Notes: generated by a model from the sequence alone, not told the origin. 45,348 nucleotides of DNA from Octopus bimaculoides (GCF_001194135.2 NC_069000.1:47819958-47865305), one strand, 5' to 3'; shown: positions 1 to 13,531, counted from the first letter of the stretch. Made by a program: numbers and translations.

Positions 1-278
1 AAGCCCCTAAAATATTTGACAAAAAAAGAAAAATCAAACAACCAAAAATTGAAACAATAAAATTTAAAAAAAAAAAAAGCATAAGAAAACATCTTTTTCA
101 TTCATTTGATGGCTTAACATTCTACATTTAATGGGTTTTGTTATTTCATCAGGAATTGAAATGATATAATTAATAAATTCAATTTAGATAGATGTTAAGA
201 CAAACAGACCAAGAGGTGTGTGTGAATACACACATGTACATATAAATGTAAATATAATGATATAATATCAGTATCTAT

Positions 279-310
<32 letters not shown>

Positions 311-891
311 GGCTGTGTGTGTGTATATACATATATGCACACACACATATATATATATATGTATGTATGTAAATGTGTGTGTATAAAAGTTGCCAATGAT
401 AATTGTGATGATACATAATACAAAATGCTCAATACATGAGGATGAATGTAGAGTTCATCAAAAACGATTACAAAATATTTTGGGCCTGAGTGGTTTCATG
501 CTACCCCGCATTCATCAACAACCACCATGTCCCCCCCACTCTTCCTCAAGTTGAGCACTTTTTTGGTGTACATTAAACCTTTGATATTTACAAATTCGAT
601 GTGCAAAGACTACAATAATGTTCAACAATAATTATGAATTCTTTGAGATGATTCGTAAAATACTCTGCAAGTCTCAAATAACCATGGCAGCAACTTTGTC
701 GGCAAGTTTTTTTTTTCTTCTCCTTTGTTAAGTTTTGACAAAAACATTTTAATAATTTGAATCTTTATTCCTTGATGATGAATGTTGCCAAACATGATAC
801 CCTTAACGACCCAAAAGTTTTATGCCTTTTATGCATGCACACACACACAAGTACATGTGTGTGTATGCATGTATGCATGTGTGTGTGTGTG

Positions 892-894
<3 letters not shown>

Positions 895-950
<56 letters not shown>
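895..950. repeat. (TA)n microsatellite
   Basis: Uninterrupted AT dinucleotide run. Confidence 0.95.
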
Positions 951-958
<8 letters not shown>

Positions 959-1102
959 ATATATGATTTTCTGTTGAAAAATTACGCAAATTTTGAAAAA
1001 AAAGACTTCAAATCAAGAAAAGAAAAAAAGTTTGTTTCCAAAACTGTTTTAAACAAGAATTATTCAAGTAAATTACAAATAATAATAGCAATGATGATGG
1101 TG

Positions 1103-1125
1103 ATAACAACAACAACAACAACAAC

Positions 1126-1172
<47 letters not shown>
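1103..1172. repeat. Compound (AAC)n(AAT)n microsatellite
   Basis: Directly visible. Confidence 0.95.
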
Positions 1173-1173
<1 letters not shown>

Positions 1174-1358
1174 TTACAGTGTGAGGGAGATGGGAGCATC
1201 TTTTGACTTTCTTAAATACACGTCATTTCAAGATAAGGAAATGGAAGTTGTGACACTCATCACTTGTTTTTATGGTTATTTACAGATGTGGAAGTGGTTC
1301 CAGATAGGCATCTGTTTACAAAAGTGATTCAAGTTTACTGTTGCTTCCTGTCTCTAAC

Positions 1359-1416
1359 AATAATAATAATAGTAATAATAATAATAATAGTAATAATAAT
1401 AATAGTAATAATAATA

Positions 1417-1467
<51 letters not shown>

Positions 1468-1468
1468 G
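1359..1468. repeat. (AAT)n microsatellite with periodic AGT interruptions
   Basis: AAT units broken by AGT at about 15-bp intervals. Confidence 0.95.
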
Positions 1469-1497
1469 TATGTTTCGTCTATAAGTGCAAGGCTTAA

Positions 1498-1673
1498 CAT
1501 TTGGGGGGAGCAGGTAGCCTATTACATTAACCCCTGTGCTTGACTGATACTTGTGTTATTGACCTCAAAAGAACGAAAGGCAATGTTAATCCCAGCAGGA
1601 TTTCAACACTGAATATGAAGAGGCAGCACAAACACTGCAAACATTTTTGTCTGACACTATAATTATTCTGCCT
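1498..1673 (-). mobile_element. tRNA-related SINE, family A copy
   Basis: Shares blocks with the copies at 1712, 2340 and 3250 (ctgatacttg...gaaaggcaa...gatttcaacactgaa...ttctgcc). Confidence 0.6.
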
Positions 1674-1711
1674 ATTATTGCCTTAATAATAATAATAATA
1701 ATAATAATAAC

Positions 1712-1921
1712 CCTTTCTACTAAAAGCACAAGGCCTGAAATTGGAGGGGAAGGGTATAGTCAATTACATCGACCCTAGTGTTTCACTGGTACTTTATCGA
1801 CACCTAAAGGATAAAAGCTAAACTCAACCTTGGCAGAATTTGGACTCAGAACATAGCAATGGATGAAATATTGCTAAGCATTTCATCCAGCATGCTAATG
1901 GTTCCACCAGCTCACCGCCTT
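1712..1921 (-). mobile_element. tRNA-related SINE, family A copy
   Basis: The reverse strand begins aaggcggtgagctggtggaacc (A-box-like) and has gttctgagtccaaattctgcc (B-box region), followed by the shared body and the tail aggccttgtgc. Confidence 0.75.
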
Positions 1922-1940
1922 AATAATAGTAATAATAATA

Positions 1941-1989
<49 letters not shown>

Positions 1990-2046
1990 TAACAACAACA
2001 ATAATAATAATAGTAATAATAATAATAATAATAGTAATAATAATAG
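1921..2046. repeat. Compound (AAT)/(AAC)/(AGT) microsatellite
   Basis: Directly visible. It explains the poly-N and poly-L ORFs. Confidence 0.95.
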
Positions 2047-2339
2047 TCCACATCCTATGCAAGACACTATCAATTCAATAAGAAAACCCAAACACAAGAC
2101 ATACTCTATAGAGCAAATATCCAATAAAATAAACAACCATCAACAGGACACATAACCAACAGAACACAACTTGCATTACATACACAACACAACAAATACA
2201 ACAGACCCCATGACAAAACAAATTGATGCGATAAAATACCAGGAAGAGTTTGTTATTTCCCAATAACAAAAAAAGAACACACAATGCTGCAGTAGAAATT
2301 TGCCTGAAACTACAAAATATTGAATGATAAGAATGGTTT

Positions 2340-2551
2340 CAAATTTTGGTACAAGGCCAGCAAGTTCAGGGGAGGTGGGTAAATCGATTATGTTGATCTC
2401 TGTACTCAACTGATACTATTTTATCTCTGTACTCAACTGGTACTTATTTTATCAACCTTGAAAAGATGAAAGGTAAAAGTGAACATAAAGACATGAAATG
2501 CTGCAAAGCATTTCACCCAATGTGCTAATGAATCTGACAGCTCACCACCTT
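2340..2551 (-). mobile_element. tRNA-related SINE, family A copy with an internal duplication
   Basis: Same head (aaggtggtgagctgtcagattc) and body. atctctgtactcaactg is duplicated at about 2396 and 2422. Confidence 0.7.
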
Positions 2552-2562
2552 CAATAATGATG

Positions 2563-2603
<41 letters not shown>

Positions 2604-3249
2604 CTAAGATAGGGGTACAATACTCTATATTATGGGAAAGGGTATAGTTGAGCATGCTACACCAATCTTTTAGTATTTTATTGAACTCAGAAGGATATGA
2701 GATGAAGTCATCCCGGAATAATAAATATTTAAAAAAATATTTTCTCTCCATTATAAAGCAGGTATGTAATTTAATACCTTCCCCCACTTCATTTTATGCC
2801 TATAGCAATGAAATATATATTGTTTATTATTTCTCTTCAATGGAAAATTGAAAAATCAAGGAAATAATCCAAAATTTTAAAAAGTGCAAAAGTAATCCAG
2901 CTAATTTATGATGATGGGTTTTCAAGCCATAACTGCAGCATAATTTTGGTTTCCTTTGCAGGAAGCGTGTATCCAAGACACCTCAATCCTCATTCTACTT
3001 CATCATAGATTTGGCTCTGAAGTAGTAAGAGGTGACTTTAAGTAGATTTCTAGCATGTCAAATGAATACATAGAAGCTCTTTCTGATGTCGAAGGAACAC
3101 TGGAAATAATATAACAAATGACTATTGAAGAGAATGAAAGAAAGACAGGGTTTGTCGTTGAGTTAGAGGATATAAAGAAATGAAATTACTGCAAGATATT
3201 CCAACATTGAGTTGATTCTTCCAATCCACCAGCCTAATATTAATATAGA

Positions 3250-3437
3250 CCCAAAGCTATGTACATTAAGGGAGGAAGGACCAGCTAGTTAAATCAATCC
3301 CAGAACCTGACAAGTATTGGATTTGGAAGAGTGAAAGTCAAAACTGACACAAAACGGGATTTGAACACAGAACATGTAATTTAATACTGCAAAGTAGCTT
3401 GTCCATTATGCAGCACACTCTCACATTAACCTGCCTC
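3250..3437 (-). mobile_element. SINE family A, diverged copy
   Basis: aaagtcaaaactgac...gatttgaacacagaac...ctgcc matches the other family A copies. Confidence 0.5.
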
Positions 3438-3443
3438 AATGAA

Positions 3444-3485
<42 letters not shown>

Positions 3486-3711
3486 TAATAACAATGAGGA
3501 TGACGAGATCGGAANNNNNNNNNNNNNNNNNNNNNNNNNNNNNNNNNNNNNNNNNNNNNNNNNNNNNNNNNNNNNNNNNNNNNNNNNNNNNNNNNNNNNN
3601 NNNNNNNGTTGATACTCTCACTCCCAGTACTTGAGTGGAATTTGAACTCAGAATGTAAAGAGCTGGAACAGACAGCACAGTACTTTCTCCAGCATTTCCA
3701 CAATTCTGGCA

Positions 3712-3758
<47 letters not shown>

Positions 3759-3884
3759 TCAGCAATGAAACTATTTCTCTTTAAATGAGAATGCAATATT
3801 TTAGAGTATAATGAGATAAATTTTAGTATCGTTAAGTCTCTTATGAATTAGACACAGTGTCATGTATGTATATGTATATATGTA

Positions 3885-3916
<32 letters not shown>

Positions 3917-5262
3917 CCATCACACGTATTCACTTGCAGCATATCTATTCTCATGTGTCATCTTATGTATTCCTCTTTAGAAACTTGTATGGCTTTACAT
4001 TTGCCATCAAATGACTAAACGTCACCCAACAGATTTTCTGCAGTTTCTGGCACCAATATATTTCTCTCTAAAAGAACAAGAGAATGAAAACACACAAAAT
4101 CTACCCAAATATAAAGACCAGGAAATAGAGATAGCCAGGACACTGGGGCAGGGAACACAAACAGAAACAATCTCCATCAGAACAAAAATGACCAAGTTGA
4201 AAGATTGTTGTTCTTTTTTTAAAGAAAAGAAAATGGAATGAAGTATAAAAGATAAAGTTAGAAAAAGGTGTTTATCAGGATTATAAGTAAAGATATATTT
4301 CAAACTGGGTTTAAAACAAACACCATCATGTCTATACAGACACCTCTCTCCTCATATACACACACACATATATGTATGTATAAAATGTCATCCTTTCTTT
4401 GAAGCTGGGTCTTCACTTTCTTGCAAAGCAAATTGTCGAAGGTGTTCTTCATGGCTTTAAAGAACTTGGAAAAAATTAAAACTCAAAGCAGCAACAGATG
4501 AAACTTCACAAGTAGAAACTAAACGAGAAACTTCTTCGAAGCATTAACTTTTGTAAATTAAGATTCTTTGTTCAGACAACAGAGTTTAATTAATATGAAA
4601 TGGTGTATAGTTATGTACGACATTACACGTGTACATTAGAATTGTATAAGGAGGATAGGGAGAGTAAGTGGAAAGGTGGGGAGTTGTTTGGATATAATTG
4701 TTGGATTTGAGAAATCAATAATATTTAATGATTAGTGAATATTGACAAATTTCCTGTTAAAGTATTTTATAAATATATATTTTGAAGGACGGGCTGTCCT
4801 CTGTCAATTTTTTCTAACAAAATGATAAAAAATGTTATAAATACTGAAATTTCTTCTTTTGTTGACAACAATCAACTAATATCAGATACAAAAGCGATTC
4901 ATACGCACACACATAAATATATCCACCTGCATAAGTATTTATATTATTCAAAGCAATTTATAATCTCAAAATGGATGAAATAAGGAGAGAGCAGAAAACG
5001 GGGGTGTTGGTGCACCATACAACTTTAGAAACATTGCCAAAAATATAGTAAAACCACAGACACAAAAAAAGATAACGAAACAATTATATCACAGAATATA
5101 TGAGAGAGCAGGTATATAGCTTGATGGAGAAGTATGACAATAATTATAGGTAGAAATCAATATACACATCAAAGCTGTTGGACCGAAAGAAAGATTATTA
5201 AAATCAGAAAACAGTTAGTAATTTTTAAGACATCTGAGTTAGCCCCCCCCCCCTTTTAAAAG

Positions 5263-5423
5263 GGAAGGAACTCCTACTGTTCACCTTCCATTAAGACTGT
5301 TTTGTCATGTCTGGAACAGGATAAAAAAATCTGCTGATGAACACCACGATGTAATTTCAGTAGGTTTGACTCTGATCATGAACTCTGTCCATCAAAGCTT
5401 CGGTGGGGAAAAAAAGAAACTCA
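5263..5423 (+). CDS. Candidate isolated coding exon, unknown product
   Basis: C/T tract plus aaaag| acceptor and CTCA|gtaagt donor. Open frame EGTPTVHLPLRLFCHVWNRIKKSADEHHDVISVGLTLIMNSVHQSFGGEKKKL. No family recognised. Confidence 0.22.
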
Positions 5424-5722
5424 GTAAGTTTTACTTTGAAATTAATTTCACNNNNNNNNNNNNNNNNNNNNNNNNNNNNNNNNNNNNNNNNNNNNNNNNN
5501 NNNNNNNNNNNNNNNNNNNNNNNNNNNNNNNNNNNNNNNNNNNNNNNNNNNNNNNNNNNNNNNNNNNNNNNNNNNNNNNNNNNNNNNNNNNNNNNNNNNN
5601 NNNNNNNNNNNNNNNNNNNNNNNNNNNNNNNNNNNNNNNNNNNNNNNNNNNNNNNNNNNNNNNNNNNNNNNNNNNNNNNNNNNNNNNNNNNNNNNNNNNN
5701 NNNNNNNNNNNNNNNNNNNTCC

Positions 5723-5755
<33 letters not shown>

Positions 5756-5769
5756 GCAGATGGAAAAAT

Positions 5770-5985
5770 AAACAACTATGATTTGAAATGAGAAATACGA
5801 AGGTTGTGGTCAATGAGGAGAGTAGACGTGATAGCAAAGGTAATTGGTGGACTTTGGAAGTATCAGCACTCAACTACCAACATGGCTGAAGAAGATTGGT
5901 GCAAATGCAAGGGTAGAACGCCTACAAAAATCAGCATTGCTTGGAACTGAAAGAATTCTTGGCAGGGTTCTTGAAGCATCACCAG
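5770..5985 (+). mobile_element. R4/Dong-like RLE retrotransposon extreme 3' ORF fragment
   Basis: EIRRLWSMRRVDVIAKVIGGL...WLKKIG...LQKSALLGT.RIL.RVLE, the typical C-terminus of RLE non-LTR elements. Confidence 0.7.
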
Positions 5986-7013
5986 TAAAATAAGTGTCAC
6001 CTTAGTCTGCTGGCTGTGGACAGCTGACACTTTCCATCATGCCCTGCAAAATGAGCTGTGAGTTTTCATCACATAATAATATTAAAAAAAAAAATTTTTT
6101 TCTAAATTACAGACTAAGCCCAGATTAAGCAAGTGAATCATTGGTACTGACGGCAGATTTTTGAAGGCAAAAGCTAAACAATGAATAGAAAAATGATGAA
6201 GATCAAGTTTAAAATGCTTTGGTAAAGGGGGAATCAATGGACAAATGAAGGAATGGTCAGTAGATAACTGTAACCATAGGAACTAAACCAATACGGAGCC
6301 TCTACATGACTATTCGCTGATCCACAAGGAATAATGGCCAATTCTTCCTTAAATCACATACATCTTTCTTAAGAAAGTTAGACTGATACATAAAATAACA
6401 TAGTCCTAGATACACTGTGCCTGAATAAATGATAGAATGGTTACAGATGGAACTCTTGATAATTTGTTTGCTACAGCAAAGCTAACTTAGATATAAATAA
6501 GAGCAAAACTTGTGTGAATATCTCCCCACCACCAAGGCCACCACCACTGAAAGAATCCTATCTGTTTATTTGATCTGTGGTTTCTCACATAACAAGAATA
6601 TTTAAAGACTTGACCTACAACATTTAATTAGAAAGACTAAGACACACACACATATATATGCACTGTCATACAAGTATCTATGTATGTATGTATGAATGTA
6701 TCTATCAATCATTCTATTTGTAAATAGTAAGGGATTATCCCAAAACGATTATTGGCTCACTTTCAGGTATTCAAAATAGGTTATTCAACAGTTAATATAT
6801 AAATCCAATAATATTCTTATACGAAAAGAATTTAGAGATATATTACCTTAACCTTATACGTTTCCTGGATATCAACAATATAATAATAAGGATTGTTATG
6901 AAAGTTGCAAAGCATTATCTTTAATTCTTTTAATATATATACAGCTTCACATAGACCAATACAGAGGAGATAAATGAAAAACTTTAAACAATCAAATCGA
7001 AGGATATCAAGTC

Positions 7014-7100
7014 AAGACCCCGAAGAAGCTGCACCAGTTTTATGGTAGGGTTGCAATAGCAACAGTTACTAATTGGTGCAGTCAAAACATGTGTAGGTCT
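7014..7100 (+). ncRNA. Degenerate Penelope-type hammerhead ribozyme
   Basis: Helix I AGACC/GGTCT; core CCGAAGA (U4 to C); helix II CTGCACCA/TGGTGCAG; CAAAAC (G12 to A); palindromic ACATGT helix III; GUA site. Confidence 0.42.
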
Positions 7101-9420
7101 ATGTAAAGCTGTAAATATACACTAAAAGAATTAAAGGTAATGCTATGCAACTTTGTAATAATCCTCATTATTGATATTGTTGATTTATATATATATATAG
7201 ATTTATATAAGTATGTACGTATGTTTGTATATATATGTGTGTGTGTGTGAACAACGTGAAAAGAAAGAAGTTGCTAGAGGTGGGGGGTGGGGTGTAAAAG
7301 ATATGACAGTACAGCCTCAGTAAATTGAACAGAGAATTATATTAGAAATTGCAGAATGGCAACAACTGTACAAAAGAGAACCCCTTTGCTTCTTTGAGTC
7401 AGTATTATATTTATCCTCCTCCACATTGTCTCCCCAACCATTTAACATTGTTTCATCCAATATCTCCCTTTCCAATACGACATGTCTTTTTGTCATCTTC
7501 AGGTGGAAGACAGGTTATTAATATAAACAAATGCTGTTTTTCTTCACACCAAATGCTGGGAGAAGCCATGTGAATCTGTCTCTGAATTGGCACCAGTTCC
7601 AACCAGATTCTCACACAGCCTTATCAGTTTCCCTGAGATCAGTAATAAACTAGTTTCCACTAGTCTTTCCCTCTGATTGATGTCCTGCTCTTCCCCATCC
7701 TCATCTTTGGCTACTCTCAACCAAGTGAATATTGGTAAACTTGCAGTTCACTCAGTGTACCAATTCACCCTACCATGACTACCTAGGTGATACAAACAGT
7801 TCACTTAATCAGTTTTGATTACTTCACCCTGCTCCTGATTCTGTTACCATTTTCCTGCCTTTGTCTCCGTTCTCTTTCGGTTCCTCCAGAAAACAGATGA
7901 AACAATTTCCTCCATTCAACATGGGCAAGATTTTGGGGACATTTATATTGCAAATATTTTTTTTCTTACCATTCTTTTAAAAGCCATTTTTTTATCACAA
8001 AAGTTCTAAGAATGCAGGCAAAAATATGAAGGAGGGCAATCAGTGTTTATCTGCTGCCTGAAACTCCAATGCCATGTCAGATTAGTTGGGAAAAGGCTTG
8101 GCTGGCAACTGGGAATGATCGAAAAGGAGTTTATGCCTGTTGAGGCTACAGAACACACACACACACGTATGCACATACACACACATTTTGCTTAGGCATT
8201 GCAATACTAATAACCTTGTGTAGCACTCAATATATGTGAGCTCCTGAATGAAGCATTAGTTGAATACAGAGAGGTAAAAAGAAAAAAAGAGAAGACAAAG
8301 GAATAAAGGATTATCTTATGAACATCATTCAACTTCCAGCTGCTTCCGTTATTTAATGCAGTGGACTTCTATTTGAATGCCTGAATGACACCTTTCAACT
8401 TCATCAGAGCACAGGTGGCAACAGCTGGAAGCTAAAGAAATTCATAATATAATCGTTTATTCCTCTGTCACCCCTTGTTTTCTTATCCGTAATTGCATAT
8501 TATTTTTATTTGTGCTGTTAAATGTTTTAATTCGGTCTGTTTTCCTCACATACTGTTTTTCTCTGTTATATTGGTGCGCTATGGTAGATTATTTAAGACT
8601 TGGCTCTTATTTCTAGCAGGTAGATGCTCATTAAGCATCATTACGATATTTCATAGCTCCTTAAAGCTATCATAACTGCGTTCCACCAATGCTACTACTG
8701 GTGATATCATCAAATTTTGAATTTATCCACAGATGATATGAACAGTAGTGACATCTAACTTCAAATCTCAGTGTTTGAATATTTCATTCATATATATATA
8801 TANNNNNNNNNNNNNNNNNNNNNNNNNNNNNNNNNNNNNNNNNNNNNNNNNNNNNNNNNNNNNNNNNNNNNNNNNNNNNNNNNNNNNNNNNNNNNNNNNN
8901 NNNNNNNNNNNNNNNNNNNNNNNNNNNNNNNNNNNNNNNNNNNNNNNNNNNNNNNNNNNNNNNNNNNNNNNNNNNNNNNNNNNNNNNNNNNNNNNNNNNN
9001 NNNNNNNNNNNNNNNNNNNNNNNNNNNNNNNNNNNNNNNNNNNNNNNNNNNNNNNNNNNNNNNNNNNNNNNNNNNNNNNNNNNNNNNNNNNNNNNNNNNN
9101 NNNNNNNNNNNNNNNNNNNNNNNNNNNNNNNNNNNNNNNNNNNNNNNNNNNNNNNNNNNNNNNNNNNNNNNNNNNNNNNNNNNNNNNNNNNNNNNNNNNN
9201 NNNNNNNNNNNNNNNNNNNNNNNNNNNNNNNNNNNNNNNNNNNNNNNNNNNNNNNNNNNNNNNNNNNNNNNNNNNNNNNNNNNNNNNNNNNNNNNNNNNN
9301 NNNNNNNNNNNNNNNNNNNNNNNNNNNNNNNNNNNNNNNNNNNNNNNNNNNNNNNNNNNNNNNNNNNNNNNNNNNNNNNNNNNNNNNNNNNNNNNNNNNN
9401 NNNNNNNNNNNNNNNNNNNN

Positions 9421-9465
<45 letters not shown>

Positions 9466-10466
9466 TATCTATATGTATATAGACAGAAATATATCTTTAT
9501 AATATAATACTTTCTTTTTCATTTTAAATATAGAAAATCTCCCCTGACTCAATCCCTAATCATTTGGCAGTTTCAGCTTGATGTTGATGGAATTAAACTA
9601 ACGTCAGTGTTAATGATGATGATGATGATGATGATGATGGTCTTGCAATGTGGGTGATGGTGGTGGTGTTGGTAGGAGGGGAGGTGGAGGTTCCACATTA
9701 GAAGATCATTTGCATTCTGTGGAGAAATTAGCAACATGACAATTAGTGGCGGCAGGGCAATTAACATCTCTACATCTGTATACACACACAGATATATACC
9801 AGTGTGTAGAATATGGTAATTAGAGTAGGTGTGAAGAGAGAGGGGTGGAGAGTGTGTGAAAGAGGGAGAGGAGAGATGTAGAATGTTGTTTAATGTCAGA
9901 TCCCCGTTTGGTGGGGTGGGGGTGGAGTTTGAGGAAGAGGGATGGAAGGGTGGGTGGGGGTGTTTATAAACTCATTTTTGAAAGAGAATAAAGGAACAGG
10001 ACAGTTGGGAGTTGTTTCAGGGTGTGAAACAGTTGTTAATAAAGGAAAGGGTCAGGTGGATGGGACAAACGGATGGCAAGAATGTGTGGAAGGATTGGCA
10101 AGATGGATCCTAAGAGGTCATGTAGGTGATGTAGGTGTGTGGAATCAATTTTTTAGAAACAATTGATGGTGGGAAGAGTTTGGGGAGGGACAGGAAAGTC
10201 TGGCATTGGTAGAAGTGCTGCAGAATGGCCAAAGCCAAGTGGTTGGAAAGAGATAAAGAGAGAGTGAGAAGAAGAAAGCAGAGAGGGTGAGAAAGAATAG
10301 AAAAAGATAAATAAATAAATAGAGAAAGAGAGAAATAGAAAAAGAAAGCGGATATAAGAAAGGGGTGTAAATATTTTCAGTATTTAAACAAGAAACTAAA
10401 TGGATAAAGAGTGTGTGTATATACAAATTCACATTATATATACATGTGTGTGTGTGTGTGATTGTA

Positions 10467-11660
10467 TGCTTAGGAGTCCCCAAAAAATGAATACACACTT
10501 TAATACTCAATTTTCATTTCTTTTCAGATTTAAGCCATTAGAAATAACGAAGGAAACCAAATGAAGCTTTGAACAAAGGAAATTTAGTTTAAAGTGCAAC
10601 TGGAAATTTGGAAGTGCAGTCAAAGTGCAAATAGTTTCAACTAGCTAAACCTATGCAACTTACCATCACTTAGATTCCAGATCAAAGCAGATAGAACTGT
10701 TCAGAATGTCCACAAGAAATGTTCTGCAAAAATTTCAAACAGTACCAAGCCCCACAAAATAGGTAAGAGTACCAGAAATGTATTGTTAGAGCTGAAGAAT
10801 CATAAAAGAAGTATTTAAGAATCAAGTGTTTATAAGCATTTTGAAGCAGTGACATTGGAAAAATTACAATCCAAGATTAGGCTCTGTTCTCAATGAAGAT
10901 GATCCAGACCAAAGAGTAGAGTTTTGTGAGTGGTACTTGACAAGATGTGTCGAAGACAACACTTTCCCACAAAGACTGTTTGGAGTGATGAAGCTACATT
11001 CAAATTACATGACAACCACCAAAATTGCACCAATGCAGGACTTGAAATTTACATTTCATAAAGGAACATCATGTTAATTTGCCAGGAGTTAGGGTTAGGG
11101 TGTGGTTTGTCATCAAAAAGATTTATTGCACCCTCCTTTTGTGGCTGGTTTCATTTACTTGAACTTGCTGTGACAATCTGTCATGTCAAGTATTCAAAAG
11201 GACTTTGAAGATGTGGAATTTCATTTCCAGCTACATGTGGGACCCCACATTACCATAATAATGTAAGGGTCTACCCTCATGAAATTTTGCCAAACAGGTG
11301 GATTAAATGAAGAGGTTCAGTAAAATGCCATTCACATTCAGTGGACCTCACACATTACTAGACTTTTTGTTTTCCATGGGGATACTTAAATGATAAAGTT
11401 TATGGTACAAAACTTGAGGGCAGCCATTGAACAAGAATGCCTCACAAATAACAAACAAAATACTTTGTGATCTTTGCAATTCTATTGCTTTGCATTATCA
11501 ACAGTGTCTGGACTAGAATAGTCATCAGTTTGAAAAGAGGCACTCATAAAAATATTGAATTCTGTCTGTAGACTCTATTAAATTTTGAAAATGAAATGTA
11601 TTTTAGTAAACACTGACTTATTAATCATCCAATGTGTGTATAAATTTAATGGGACAACTC
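10467..11660 (+). mobile_element. Decayed Tc1/mariner-superfamily (DDxD-type) transposon
   Basis: Disrupted transposase motifs: NEDDPDQRVEFCEWYL, WSDEATFKL, FQ..G.PHY-like, and a remnant of SPDLTPLDF..WGYLK. Degenerate TIRs gtccccaaaaaatgaatacacactt (about 10477) and aatgtgtgtataaatttaatgggac (about 11632-11656). Confidence 0.8.
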
Positions 11661-12177
11661 ATATATAATCATATATGTATGTATGTATGTATATATATGT
11701 ATGTATGTATGCATGCCGCAGCATGGCCACAGCCCCTGAGCTGAAACTAGTATAACAGCAAAAGAGAGTATAATGTGTATGAATGTATACATATATACTT
11801 AAACCATTTCAAATTTGATTCAAATACTCAATATCCTGAAAAGAGTTTCTTGACTGAAAGACTCACAATAAATACGATTTTCAAAAGGTGGAACTCAAAC
11901 TCAATCCAATGAACCTTATTTCACATCTAAAATATTGCACCACAACAAAATGTTTACCACACACACACACACAAAATAAGTTTGTTATTTCTATATGTAG
12001 GCCTCTTCCCAATACATTTTAGATATAATAATATTTCCCAAGGATTTTTCACATTTCCTTAGATTTCCAAACACTTTTCTCATAATTACTTTTATTACTG
12101 TTGTTATTATTATTATTTTAAGCAACACAACATATTTACAGCTGTGTGTACATACACATGTCTATCTAAACTTATGC

Positions 12178-12218
<41 letters not shown>

Positions 12219-12669
12219 TACATATGCACATATATACACATGTAAATTTACACACTCCTTATTAACCAGTATATATATTTGTAGGTAGCACAATTACAAA
12301 TGTGTTATTTAAAATTAATCCCCCTCCTCCTCCTCATCATCACCACCACCACCACCACCATCATCATCATCACAATTACCATCATCCTCATTTGGATATC
12401 ATCTCTCAATTCACGTCCCAGGTAATATGACCTGTTAATTTCCTTCCAGGGCCTCGTTTGTTGTTTTACCAAAATGTTAACACAAAGCGAATGGAAGTTG
12501 TCAACAGTTTCACTCAGATAATCAACAAGAGATAATTTTACAAATTAATTAATTAACATTGGATGAAGAAAACAATCTGACACCATTATAGCCCATATAC
12601 ACACACATACATGTGCATGTATATATCTGTGTATGTGTGTGTATGTGTGTGTGTGTGTGCGTGCATGCA

Positions 12670-12706
<37 letters not shown>

Positions 12707-13127
12707 GTAAAGTCATCAACAATAAAAAGACAAGACAAGCAAGAAGAGAAAACAAAAAAAGTAATCCCCCCCCACACCTCTCCCTCCTTTCTCCATTATG
12801 GATTTACAGAATAAAATGTTTTTTTTTTTTTTNNNNNNNNNNNNNNNNNNNNNNNNNNNNNNNNNNNNNNNNNNNNNNNNNNNNNNNNNNNNNNNNNNNN
12901 NNNNNNNNNNNNNNNNNNNNNNNNNNNNNNNNNNNNNNNNNNNNNNNNNNNNNNNNNNNNNNNNNNNNNNNNNNNNNNNNNNNNNNNNNNNNNNNNNNNN
13001 NNNNNNNNAAAAAAAAAAAAAAAAAAAAGGTACCAGGCTTGTCTTGGTGGTGGTGGTCAGGCTTGAAAAGATGGATGGAAAAAAACCCCCCAGAAATTCT
13101 AATTAACTTTTTTTTCATTTCTTACAG

Positions 13128-13154
13128 GAACCAAATGGTTTGAAGATCTTTGAA
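13128..13154 (+). other. Candidate 27-nt microexon (EPNGLKIFE) of an unidentified plus-strand transcript
   Basis: Branch-like TTCTAAT, then a T-tract, cttacag|GAACCAAATGGTTTGAAGATCTTTGAA|gtaagc. Only phase 0 is open. No partner exons identified. Confidence 0.3.
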
Positions 13155-13531
13155 GTAAGCTCCTCTCAAAAACCAGCTTCTTAAATTGCTCTTATAATTG
13201 TGTGTGTACATATCTTGTGTTTTTGTGTGTGCATGTGTGCATGTGTGTGTGTGTGTTTATATAGATATTTGTATATGAGTATGTGTTGTTGTAGTAAGCT
13301 GATTTGAAGATCAGATGAAAGCTGGATGTGAATCTCATTCCTGATGGCTGTCTTCAGAAATATTTCCTGCCAGTAACTGTGCCACTGACCACTGTTGCTA
13401 ACCAAACCATAAAATGTAGAAGATGAAAAAGGGTCAACAATTTTCACATTAGAAACGACACAGATTTAGAAACAATAGCTTTCACCAAAATAAACAATTA
13501 CTACATCAGATACACCAATTCCAAAATGGTG

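Noticed and set aside
435-470. Hammerhead-like ATGAGGA-TGAA...TTCATC-AAAAAC
   Set aside because: Only helix II is present. The core is mutated and there is no helix I or cleavage triplet.
765-2787. ORFs rich in poly-I, poly-L, poly-N, poly-Y and YI repeats
   Set aside because: They are translations of (AAT)n, (AAC)n and (TA)n microsatellites and SINE bodies.
2961-3110. Exon-like segments on both strands (plus acceptor tttgcag at 2960; minus VPSTSERASMYSFDMLEIYLKSPLTTSEPNL*)
   Set aside because: They are short, match no recognisable family and could not be chained consistently to other exons.
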